A DNA stretch of 64,000 nucleotides, taken from an uncultured Pseudomonadales bacterium (GTDB taxonomy: Bacteria; Pseudomonadota; Gammaproteobacteria; Pseudomonadales; Azotimanducaceae). This document shows, piece by piece, positions 31,608 through 40,154 of the stretch (position 1 is its first letter; every line of letters starts with the position of its first letter). The position numbers and the translations under genes were made by a program. Location: NCBI GenBank assembly GCA_943787425.1, contig CALSMJ010000001.1, positions 793,271-857,270 of the forward strand, in the 5' to 3' direction. The notes beneath the pieces are model-generated. The model was not told where the DNA came from. It was given only the letters and a program-made list of their open reading frames with translations, and ran no database searches.

Positions 31608-33098
31608 ATGCCTTGGATTTTCTTAACGCTTCTCATCTTCAGCGCAAACTCGACCAATGCGGAACCGGTCTCGATCCTCAACCTACTTTACAACACGGAT
31701 GATCTGACTTTCTTGCAAAATAACCCCCAAGAAGCAGCCTCAAACTCGACAACCGCACTCTCTCAAGATCAAGCCAGAAGCCTTGCCGCCGATCTAAATG
31801 CAAGCCTTGTCCGCGATAATCCCGAAGACCCAATTTATCTCGCCAAGCGACTTGCGAATGTTGGCGTGCTCCAAACTTATGCAGGCGATCTAATCGCTGG
31901 CGATCAATCTTTGCGGGCGGCACTGTCGCAGTTCAATCAAAACGGCGGTTTGTTCGACCCCCGATTACCCCCACTGCTCTCAGCCATCGGCATCAACGGC
32001 TTTCTGCGCAAGGACTATGACACTGCAGAGGATCACTTTCGATGGAGCCAGAACATTCAACACAGAAGCCTTGGCTTGTTTGCGGCCGAGCAATCGACCA
32101 ACCTCAATTGGCTGACGCGCACCTACCTCAGTACCGGCCAGACCGACGCGGCGGACACCGCGCAGCGATACTTACTGCGCATTGCTGAACACGTCCTGCC
32201 AGCCGGCAGTCTAGCGCTTAGCAACATTAAAATTAGTCATTGCGCGGGTACCTCGGCCAGCGAGCGCAAGCACCATCTCACCCGTTTGCCGAAGACCTGG
32301 ATCGTCTGCTCAGACAAACGTTATTCAATGATTCGATCGAACTACTCGATCAAGCGATTCTGGAGATCACCGCAGCCGAGGGGCCCTATTCCGCCAAGTT
32401 GATCGGCGCGCTGGAAACGAAATCTCAGGTTTACAGCTGGCAAGCGGTCGCAGTCGATCGCTCGCAAGAGCAAGCCTCTGGAGCAAATCCTAACCATTCT
32501 GCAGAATCAGCCCGTGGTCGACTCCCGAAGCACTGTCAAACGCGTGGTTCGCCCTAGCCGATGGTTATATCTTGACGGGCAATAAAAAAGCGAAGACGGC
32601 CTACCGCGCCGCATGGCTTGCGGCCAATCCCGCGCCAGCCATCGACCCGGACGCAGCCCTCGTCGCCGAGGCCGACCCAGCAGCCGACGGCTCAGACCCA
32701 GACGAGCGATCCAGAGCCGGGTGATCGTCGTCATCGACCCCGTTCTGCTCTGGCCCGACGCCTATAAACCCATTTACTTTAGCTGCCGTGGTCGATTCCG
32801 AGGCGCCATCGGATACCCAGTATGCCGTGCACTTGCAGTTTAGAATCTCGACCGAGGGTCGCCCAAAGCGAATCAAAGTGCTCAGCGAAGAACGTGCCCC
32901 ATCGCGAGGTCCGCTGGACCCGAACCTTGATCCTTAACAGTCGCTACCGGCCCGCCTTGCGCAACGGTGTGCCCGAGGAAGTTGCGTTACTCGCTCCGCC
33001 AGCCCTTCATTCCTCGGTCCGCGCCGGCACCAACTGCCGCCGACGCATCGCCCGCACCCGTCCCGGACGCTTTCGACAACCCCTCTCTGAGTGTGTAA
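31608..33098 (+). pseudogene. Paralog of the preceding gene (signal peptide, helical repeats, TonB-C-like end), broken by multiple frameshifts
   Basis: Protein-like reading switches frames repeatedly. Frame of 31608 runs to ~32235. It continues as ...AEDLDRLLRQTLFNDSIELLDQAILEITAAEGPYSAKL..., then LEQILTILQNQPVVDS..., then ALADGYILTGNKKAKTAYRAAWLAAN.... The last pieces are YAVHLQFRISTEGRPKRIKVLSEE, ILNSRYRPALRNGVPEEV, and then a stop at 33096-33098. Confidence 0.45.
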
Positions 33099-33144
33099 CC
33101 CCTCCACCCGCGCGCGACCAGGCGCTTCGCCCTGGGACCCATCT

Positions 33145-33945
33145 CTACTCGCCCACACCGGTTATAAACACCCGCAGTTGCGCCGCGAGCCCTTTGCACG
33201 CGGCATTACCCGGTCGAGCCAAGATCGGAATGGGCAACACAAGGCCCGCCAAATAACTCGTGCCATTCGCGTCTGCGCTGATTTGCCCGGAAGCGCTCAG
33301 ATTCTTCAAGTCCCAAATCGAGGCTTCATAAGAGGCATCTTGTTCCCAATAGCTCATACCAAAGCAGCCGCCGCCAAAGGTGCTCACCGCACAACTCATC
33401 GACCCGCCTTTGTCGACCGTCACCGTATCGCCCTCGATCCAGGCCAAATAGCGAATACTCGATTGATCGATTTGCGCCTGCACCCCGGCTTCAGCAAACA
33501 AACGAGAAAGGTCGCTGGCATTGGTCGGCGCCGTGCGCGCTTCAAACCACGGATACAAATCATCCTTAAACTGATCTTCCGACACCAGCCGGATCGGATT
33601 GCTGCCTTGCCTTAATATATCCGCCAAACAATCGGTAAAACTTTCTTCGGTTTCACGATCGTTATACGTCGCGCGACCAAGAATCACCATTGCTTCACCG
33701 TCACCCAACACGGCATCGGTTTGACGGGACTGTTCAACTCGGGTTGTCGCACAGGCGCCGAGCTGCAGTAATAGAGCGGCGACAACAATACGGTACGTAC
33801 CCAAACCGCGCCACGCAGCAATCTTAAAACAAGTCGTCCACGCGACGCCGAAACACGATCCTTTCGATGCGGGCTCACCCACGGCCTCCACCTTTCCAAA
33901 CGGTTTCCAGTGAAACCGCCTGTTACATAATCGGTTTTGGGTCAT
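33145..33945 (-). CDS. Hypothetical lipoprotein
   Basis: Lipobox LLLQLGAC. The ATG at 33945 forms an ATGA overlap with the stop of the upstream gene but leaves ~48 aa before the signal peptide. A TTG near 33806 would give a canonical MGTYRIVVAALLLQLGAC leader. Confidence 0.55.
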   Translation of the reverse strand: MTQNRLCNRRFHWKPFGKVEAVGEPASKGSCFGVAWTTCFKIAAWRGLGTYRIVVAALLLQLGACATTRVEQSRQTDAVLGDGEAMVILGRATYNDRETEESFTDCLADILRQGSNPIRLVSEDQFKDDLYPWFEARTAPTNASDLSRLFAEAGVQAQIDQSSIRYLAWIEGDTVTVDKGGSMSCAVSTFGGGCFGMSYWEQDASYEASIWDLKNLSASGQISADANGTSYLAGLVLPIPILARPGNAACKGLAAQLRVFITGVGE

Positions 33946-34616
33946 TCTTGACTCCAATTGAATTCTAACCAAGTCTGGACATTGCGCTGCTTCGGCCACT
34001 CCAGCGCAACCCGCGCGCCGGCATCCCGAATCGCTTCAACCGACGCGGCGTTGAGCGCGTCGGTTGGCTGAAACCCGCCGCCCTCGTTTTTGCCGTAGCC
34101 GACCACCACCCAGGTATCCAGAACCGTCCCGTCCGAGCCCATCAGCTCAAGCTGGTACTTGGTCGATGCGGAGAAAAATTTCAATCCTGACAATTCTGGT
34201 GGCAGAAATGCGTATTCAAGTAGCGTTAGCCTTACAAACCCGTCCGGGCAACGCTCACCTGTGGCAAGCCCCGCAGTGCTCGGCCCACACGCTGGTGCCG
34301 CCAGCGGCCAAACTTTTTCGAACAGCGAATCAATCAAGGTCTCAAAAAATGCATTCTGAAGGGCCCCTAATTCAATCGTCCAATCACCGCCCCCTCTCGG
34401 GAGCTTTTCTCGATGAATCTGGGTGCTAAATTCAGGTGGTCGGATGAAGCCGATTGAGACCGGAAAGGGCTCGATGAGGGGCGTTGGGATCCGACCCGAT
34501 ACCGTCAGGGAATGCGTGCAGCTTCCCAATACGACGCACAGCACACTCAAACTGGCGACCCTTGAAGCCCATCGGAGGCACCGCCTTTCGAATCGATCGA
34601 TTTCCATACTCTGCAT
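33942..34616 (-). CDS. Hypothetical lipoprotein
   Basis: Signal peptide with lipobox (SLSVLCVVLGSC). It is divergent from the 34926 operon. Confidence 0.6.
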   Translation of the reverse strand: MQSMEIDRFERRCLRWASRVASLSVLCVVLGSCTHSLTVSGRIPTPLIEPFPVSIGFIRPPEFSTQIHREKLPRGGGDWTIELGALQNAFFETLIDSLFEKVWPLAAPACGPSTAGLATGERCPDGFVRLTLLEYAFLPPELSGLKFFSASTKYQLELMGSDGTVLDTWVVVGYGKNEGGGFQPTDALNAASVEAIRDAGARVALEWPKQRNVQTWLEFNWSQE

Positions 34617-34925
34617 TCTGATCTACTTTCTAGTCTTCATTCCGTGGCAGAGGCAGGATTACCTGAGCCTGCCGTCTGGCGAATTTTACGCGCTGCCGCC
34701 CCCCACGCGCACCAACGCTTTGTTACAGCAACAATTTAGTGAGCCTTACTCGTAAAAGCAAACCACACTCGCCCAATGCTTTTGTCGACGCGTGCCAACC
34801 GCCAGGACTGCGCTTGCGATTGTCAAAACCATCAGCCGACTCATCCGAAACTACGACAATCATCGTAATTCAGCTTAAATTCAGCTTTAATTCAGCAACA
34901 TTGGCATTTCATCTTGGAGCCCGGC

Positions 34926-35402
34926 ATGCGCCTTGCGTTACTGACACTCATTGGCCTTATTTTGATCAGCGGCTGCCAATCACCCAGTACGCCGCCTGCA
35001 ACGCCGCCCAGCATGCCGAGCCCGTCGTCACCCAGTTCGCCCAGCATGCCGAGCCCGCCATCACCCAGTTCGCCCAGCATGCCAAGCCCGTCATCATCCA
35101 GCTCGCCCAGCATGCCAAGCCCGTCATCCTCCAGCTCGCCCAGCATGCCGAGCCCGTCATCACCCAGTTCGCCCAGCATGCCAAGCCCGTCATCATCCAG
35201 TTCGCCCAGCATGCCAAGCCCGTCATCACCCAGTTCGCCCAGCATGCCAAGCCCGTCATCATCCAGCTCGCCCAGCATGCCGAGCCCGTCATCATCCAGT
35301 TCGCCCAGCATGCCAAGCCCGTCATCATCCAGCTCGCCCAGCATGCCAAGCCCGTCATCATCCAGCTCGCCCAGCATGCCGAGCCCGCCATCCACCCAGT
35401 GA
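34926..35402 (+). CDS. Lipoprotein leader fused to a Ser/Pro-rich repeat (PSMPSPSSPSS x ~12); either a short lipoprotein or the out-of-frame 5' part of the next gene
   Basis: MRLALLTLIGLILISGCQS is a textbook lipoprotein signal with lipobox ISGC. This frame stops at 35400-35402, and that TGA overlaps an ATG in the downstream frame (TGATG). Confidence 0.45.
   Translation: MRLALLTLIGLILISGCQSPSTPPATPPSMPSPSSPSSPSMPSPPSPSSPSMPSPSSSSSPSMPSPSSSSSPSMPSPSSPSSPSMPSPSSSSSPSMPSPSSPSSPSMPSPSSSSSPSMPSPSSSSSPSMPSPSSSSSPSMPSPSSSSSPSMPSPPSTQ
35007..35400. repeat. Tandem array of ~12 copies of a 33-bp unit (cccagcatgccRagcccgtcRtcaYccagYtcg)
   Basis: Counted directly in the sequence. The array is free of stops in three forward and two reverse frames. 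Confidence 0.95.
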
Positions 35403-36661
35403 TGCTGGCAAAAGCCAAGGCTGATGGCGAATCTGGGCCGGCTGGCGCAACCGGTGCACCAGCGGATCCAACTCAAGATCAAACGGGCGCCGCCGGTGAA
35501 AAACTAACGCAGGTCGGGAAGACCTTAACCCGTGCCAGCGGTGATTCAGATACCGCAGAGCGCGGCGAAAGTGATAACAACGACGCCCAGACAGGTTCGG
35601 GGGCTGCAGCTGAACCTTGGGATCCGTTGTTACCCGAACCGCTCGATAATGCCAGTTCCGACGGAGAACGATTTGACGAGTCGCTTGCCGCAGATTCAGC
35701 TGAGTCCTTTGAAAGCAGCGACAGCCAGTCGGGCAGCGCTGCTCAAAATGGCGGCGACGCCGCAGCGTCTGCAGGCCAAGCCGCGTCGATCGATGGCGCG
35801 CAAACCACATCAAGCACCGGGCGCGCCGAAGGCGGACAATCGTCCGAGACCGCGCCATCTGGTAAGGATGGTTCAGAGCCAGGGTCGACACCGATTGCCG
35901 CCGGTGACAACGATCCGGACCGCCAAGCGCTCGCTGACGCGCTGGCTCGCGCTGGAATTAGTCTCACCAAAGCCGGCGAATTACTGAGCCAAAGCGGGTC
36001 CGATGGCGCAAGCAGTGACGACGTCAATTCAGCCCTCAGCGACGCGAGTATTGCGGTTTTAATTCTTGAGCAACAGCTCAATCAAATGGGGTCGGACGGG
36101 GTCGCCGGTGACCGGGTCAGCGAGGCGGCGAGACTGGTCATTTTAGCCAATGAGGCCCTGTCTGAGGCGACCCTTGCGACCGACGGCAGCGCGCCGTTGC
36201 CGACAATCTCTGGACGTTCATCGCAAACAGCCGAAGATCCGCGCATCGCCGAGCTCGATGCCGAACTTGAGCGCTCAATTGTTGTTTTTGAAACCGACAT
36301 TCAGGATGCACGCAACGCGGTCGCCGCCGAATTGGCGGGCAGCGCAACTGACGCCGCGGGCGGCCCCTCAATGGTGGATTTGGCTGAAGGCTTAGCGCAG
36401 TCTGCCCCGGTCAGCGTGACCGAAGGACCAGATGAGGCGTCAGAGGCGCCATCCGCCGAGGTAGGAGCGCCTCAAGGCCGCGCGCCCGGCAAGACCGAAC
36501 AGCAAACTGCTGGCCCCGCACCGATTCCAGAGGATATTCCCAGCCCCCAAGGCGATGACATTGTTGCAAAACAATTACGGGAGGCCGCTGCAGCCGAACA
36601 AGACCCAGCGCTGCGAGCAAAACTCTGGGAAGAATATAAACGGTATAAGCAAGGACTCTGA
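35402..36661 (+). CDS. Acidic low-complexity protein with a short conserved-looking C-terminal helix (DDIVAKQLREAAAAEQDPALRAKLWEEYKRYKQGL)
   Basis: This is the long open frame (track ORF 34739-36661). Sequence upstream of the repeats in this frame looks non-coding and lacks a signal peptide. ATG at 35402 is the first plausible start if the gene is separate. Confidence 0.5.
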   Translation: MLAKAKADGESGPAGATGAPADPTQDQTGAAGEKLTQVGKTLTRASGDSDTAERGESDNNDAQTGSGAAAEPWDPLLPEPLDNASSDGERFDESLAADSAESFESSDSQSGSAAQNGGDAAASAGQAASIDGAQTTSSTGRAEGGQSSETAPSGKDGSEPGSTPIAAGDNDPDRQALADALARAGISLTKAGELLSQSGSDGASSDDVNSALSDASIAVLILEQQLNQMGSDGVAGDRVSEAARLVILANEALSEATLATDGSAPLPTISGRSSQTAEDPRIAELDAELERSIVVFETDIQDARNAVAAELAGSATDAAGGPSMVDLAEGLAQSAPVSVTEGPDEASEAPSAEVGAPQGRAPGKTEQQTAGPAPIPEDIPSPQGDDIVAKQLREAAAAEQDPALRAKLWEEYKRYKQGL

Positions 36662-36664
36662 CCT

Positions 36665-37891
36665 GTGACTGAACCCCGCACTCGACGCGCTCTAACAACC
36701 CTCGTCCAGCTCTGGCTTATCATGACCTTCGCAACCCTTGCGGGCTGCGCGACAACGCAGGTCATAACGGCCAATTCGAAACCACCGGTACAACTGCAGT
36801 CAGTGATTTCAGATGCAGCGCGCGTGGATGTCATGATACTGCCGTTTGCGCCTAACTTGGCATCATTGCCTGAGTCAGATGATGATGACATCCCGGTGTC
36901 GGCCGAGGTGCGCCGAGCCGAGTCCCGTTATCTTGCTTTTCATCTGAAAGATACGCTGGAGCGAACCGGGAACTGGGGCATCGTTCGGGTGGTACCCAGC
37001 GCAGCACGACATCACCCATTACTGGTTTCTGGCAAGATTTTAGCGTCCGATGGCGAGCGTCTGGCTGTTTTGGTTACCGCAACCGATGCCAGCGGGCGCG
37101 TGTGGCTGACGCGGACCTATGAAGACAATGCGAGTAAGTACGCCTATCAATCGATCAAAGAAGACCCCTTTCAAGACCTCTACAACAACATTGCCAATGA
37201 TTTGGTTCTGCAATATCAAGCGCGCGCGGTCGATGACATCCGCAATATCCGGCAAATCGCCGAACTTGCGTTTGCTGCGGATCTGGCGCCTGATGCCTTT
37301 TCTGGCTATCTCACAGAAAATCGGGACGGCACAACCTCGGTGGTCCAAGTACCCGCCGCCGGCGATACTATTCTGCAACGCGTTGCGCGAATTCGGGCGC
37401 AGGATGACCTGCTCGTCGACACCTTAGATGATTACTACTTTAAATTTTACCGGGATGTTAAGCCTTCCTACGATGAATGGCGGTACGCGACCTATGACGA
37501 GGCGGTGAGGCTGCGGCAACTGAACAAACAAGCTCGCAACCGGCTTTTAACGGGCGCCGCGCTCATTGCCGGCGGCATTTACGCCGGCTCTCAAAGCAAC
37601 ACCTGGGCCGCTGACGCGGCTGCAGCAGGCGCCGTCGTCGGTGGTATCGCGGCCGTCAAAGGCGGTCTAGATCGACGCAAGCAAACCGAGATCCATGAGC
37701 AAGCGCTCCAAGAGCTTACCCAATCTTTAGGCCGCGAGATCACGCCGAACGTCCTGGATATCGAAGGCGCAACCGTTGAGCTAACAGGCAGCGCAGAACA
37801 ACAGTACGCCCAATGGCGTTCGATGTTACAAGCACTGTATGAAGCAGAACGAGGTCTAGGCCAAGCGCCCATAACGCCTCAGACCCGATGA
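36665..37891 (+). CDS. Hypothetical lipoprotein with a Gly/Ala-rich C-terminal segment
   Basis: GTG start 3 nt after the previous stop. Lipobox FATLAGC. Glycine-zipper-like LLTGAALIAGGIYAG...AAGAVVGGIAAVKGG. Confidence 0.65.
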   Translation: MTEPRTRRALTTLVQLWLIMTFATLAGCATTQVITANSKPPVQLQSVISDAARVDVMILPFAPNLASLPESDDDDIPVSAEVRRAESRYLAFHLKDTLERTGNWGIVRVVPSAARHHPLLVSGKILASDGERLAVLVTATDASGRVWLTRTYEDNASKYAYQSIKEDPFQDLYNNIANDLVLQYQARAVDDIRNIRQIAELAFAADLAPDAFSGYLTENRDGTTSVVQVPAAGDTILQRVARIRAQDDLLVDTLDDYYFKFYRDVKPSYDEWRYATYDEAVRLRQLNKQARNRLLTGAALIAGGIYAGSQSNTWAADAAAAGAVVGGIAAVKGGLDRRKQTEIHEQALQELTQSLGREITPNVLDIEGATVELTGSAEQQYAQWRSMLQALYEAERGLGQAPITPQTR

Positions 37892-37901
37892 TTAAACGAT
37901 C

Positions 37902-40154
37902 ATGACAACGATCCAACCCGGCACGCTGCTCGCTGATCGCTTTAGGGTTATTGCGGCCGTGCCAACACCGCCGGCTCAGCACCCACGATTTCGGGCGACG
38001 AATTTATCAACTGCCAGTGACGTCATGATCACCGTCGTGCCCCGCTCGGCCGGTGATCTAGCAAGCCTTGCGGCCATCAGCGATCGACTGAAAAAGCTCA
38101 GCCACCCCGATATTCAGGCGCATATCGGTTTTTGGGAAGATGCTCATGCAGGCTACCTTGTTGACGCGCCGCCCGTAACGCCGGCGAGCGACCCGCTGAG
38201 CAAACCACTCAAAGCTGCCCAACTCAGGCGCTTGGTCGCCGCGCTGGGCTATGCCGAGGCGCTGGGCTTTCATCAATCGGGGTTTGATCTGGCCTGGCTC
38301 ACGCCAACGGATCAGCAGGGCTTTATGATTCAACACCTGGGCTGGCCACGCTGGGCACTGACCTCAGCGCCACACAATCATCCCGAGGCAACTGGGCTTG
38401 TGAACTTTGGCGATTGGGCCTATCAATTTTGTACCAACGCACCCTGGCAGGGCCTTGACCAGTTGCAGGCGCAACCACCGTTGCCGGCAGGCTTAACGCC
38501 CCTCATTACGGCGGTGCGACAAGGCACGACCCGCTCCTTTGGCGAGCTTTTGACTTTGATGGACACCGGCGAGGCAGACGCGGCATCCGGTTTGGTCGGG
38601 ACCGGCCCTTTGCAGGCTGCAAACTTTGAGATCGCAAGCCCGGCAGCATCCGCGCCCGCTGCCGCCGTCGTGTCATCAGAATCATCGGCCACGCTGTCTG
38701 ATCGCACACCCGGCGCAGTGCTTGCCAAATCCGGCTGGGAGCCCAAAACCCTGTTAACCGGTTTTGGACTCGTTATTCTTGCCGGCTTTGTCTTTTGGGT
38801 GCTGCCAGATTTAGTCCGCACTCAGAACCAGGCTCAACCCCAACTGAACCCAACCCCGGCCACCGCATCCGAGCCTGCTGGCGTCACGAAGCAGGCGCCC
38901 ATCGCCGACGCCAAAGCCAAAATCCTGGCAGAACAGGCTGCCGAGGTGGCCGAAACGTTTCTGCGGAAACTCATCACACTAGAAGATTTGGGCCTTGCGC
39001 TTTGGGATCCAACCGCCCTCGCTCAAATCAATCAAGCAGCCATGGCAGCTGATGACGCCTTTCGTGCGGGCGACGCGCAAGCCGCGCTTGCGCGCTATAC
39101 TCAGCTACTGGCCAGCGTTACCGCACTTGATGCAGGCCTGCCAGATCGTCGCGCCGAGAATCTGACCCAAGCTCAAAACGCCTTGTCAGACAACAACAGC
39201 GTCGATGCGCTCAAGTTCTGGGCAATTGCGGCCCGATTGAATCCGCAGAAGACCGACATCCAGACAACTTGGCAAGCCGTTCAAAAAATTCCCGCCATTG
39301 AAGCCCTCATGAGCGAAGCCGACCTGGCAGAACGTGCTGGCAAAATCGAAGCTGCCGAGGACATCTTGCGCGAGGCGACTGCGCTGTTCCCGAACTGGAC
39401 GCCCGCACGGGTTGCCTATGAGAGAATGCAACAGGCCGTGCAGCAAAAACAGTTTCAGACCAGCATGACGCTCGGGTTTGCGGCCCTTGCAGAGGAATCC
39501 TATGAATCGGCAATCAGCGCATTTGAGCGAGCCGCCCGCATCGACCCAACGGCGAGCGCCGCCCGAGACGGTCTCGAGCAAGTTCGCCAAGCGCAGCTCA
39601 GACAACAAATCAAAGGCTTTTTTGATGAGGCCCAACAGGCCGAAGCCGCCGGTAACTGGCGCAACGCGCAAACTGCCTATGAGACTGCCCGCACGCTGGC
39701 GCCCAACTTAAGCGATCTTACGGTTCGCATCGAGGCCATGGACACCCGGATCGAGCTCGCTGAAGCATTGACCCAGATCCTTGCGGACCCAGCAAGACTC
39801 CTCGCCGATGCCGAATTCAAGAACGCCAGAGATCTTGCCATTACGATCAGTCAATTACCCCCACCCGTTGGCGATCTGCAAGCACGCCTGCCCATTCTCA
39901 CGCGTATGCTGTCTCATGCGCGTCGCGAGCTGACGCTGACGCTGACCTCGGATGCGCTAACCACCGTCACGGTCCTGCGGTTAGGCAAAGAGGGTCGTTT
40001 GGGCCAAATAACGCAAACCAAGCTGACCTTGTTTCCGGGTCGTTATGTCGTCACCGGATCCAGGACCGGCTATAAAGATGTGCGCCATGAGCTGACCCTT
40101 ACGGGCGAGACCCTCAATCATGCCCTAAACGTCGTTTGCGATGAGCCAATCTAA
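37902..40154 (+). CDS. Membrane protein: N-terminal degenerate Ser/Thr kinase-like domain (pseudokinase), one TM helix, periplasmic TPR-like repeats, C-terminal PEGA-like domain
   Basis: A kinase-like N-lobe is present (LLADRFRVIAAV..., LSHPDIQAHIGFWEDAHAGYLVDAPP). It lacks the GxGxxG loop, the VAIK lysine (VMITVV) and HRDLKPxN (replaced by ALGFHQSGFDLAWL). TM helix LLTGFGLVILAGFVFWVL. C-terminal LFPGRYVVTGSRTGYKDVRHELTL. Confidence 0.6.
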   Translation: MTTIQPGTLLADRFRVIAAVPTPPAQHPRFRATNLSTASDVMITVVPRSAGDLASLAAISDRLKKLSHPDIQAHIGFWEDAHAGYLVDAPPVTPASDPLSKPLKAAQLRRLVAALGYAEALGFHQSGFDLAWLTPTDQQGFMIQHLGWPRWALTSAPHNHPEATGLVNFGDWAYQFCTNAPWQGLDQLQAQPPLPAGLTPLITAVRQGTTRSFGELLTLMDTGEADAASGLVGTGPLQAANFEIASPAASAPAAAVVSSESSATLSDRTPGAVLAKSGWEPKTLLTGFGLVILAGFVFWVLPDLVRTQNQAQPQLNPTPATASEPAGVTKQAPIADAKAKILAEQAAEVAETFLRKLITLEDLGLALWDPTALAQINQAAMAADDAFRAGDAQAALARYTQLLASVTALDAGLPDRRAENLTQAQNALSDNNSVDALKFWAIAARLNPQKTDIQTTWQAVQKIPAIEALMSEADLAERAGKIEAAEDILREATALFPNWTPARVAYERMQQAVQQKQFQTSMTLGFAALAEESYESAISAFERAARIDPTASAARDGLEQVRQAQLRQQIKGFFDEAQQAEAAGNWRNAQTAYETARTLAPNLSDLTVRIEAMDTRIELAEALTQILADPARLLADAEFKNARDLAITISQLPPPVGDLQARLPILTRMLSHARRELTLTLTSDALTTVTVLRLGKEGRLGQITQTKLTLFPGRYVVTGSRTGYKDVRHELTLTGETLNHALNVVCDEPI

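Noticed and set aside
33091-33615. 174-aa plus-strand ORF
   Set aside because: It is an Arg/Pro-rich translation antisense to the lipoprotein gene 33145-33945. It has no start context or recognisable motif.
34739-34925. The GTG start at 34739 for the 640-aa ORF, as given in the track
   Set aside because: The first ~90 residues in that frame (…SKPSADSSETTTIIVIQLKFSFNSATLAFHLGARHAPCVTDTHWPYF…) look like translated non-coding DNA. They overlap a textbook lipoprotein leader in another frame. The body more likely starts at 35402 or is joined to the 34926 leader.
34892-35482. 196-aa and 150-aa minus-strand ORFs (34892-35482, 34966-35418) running through the 33-bp repeat array
   Set aside because: They exist only because the repeat unit lacks stop codons in most frames. 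They have no start context and no sequence outside the repeat, and they lie antisense to a tightly packed plus-strand operon.
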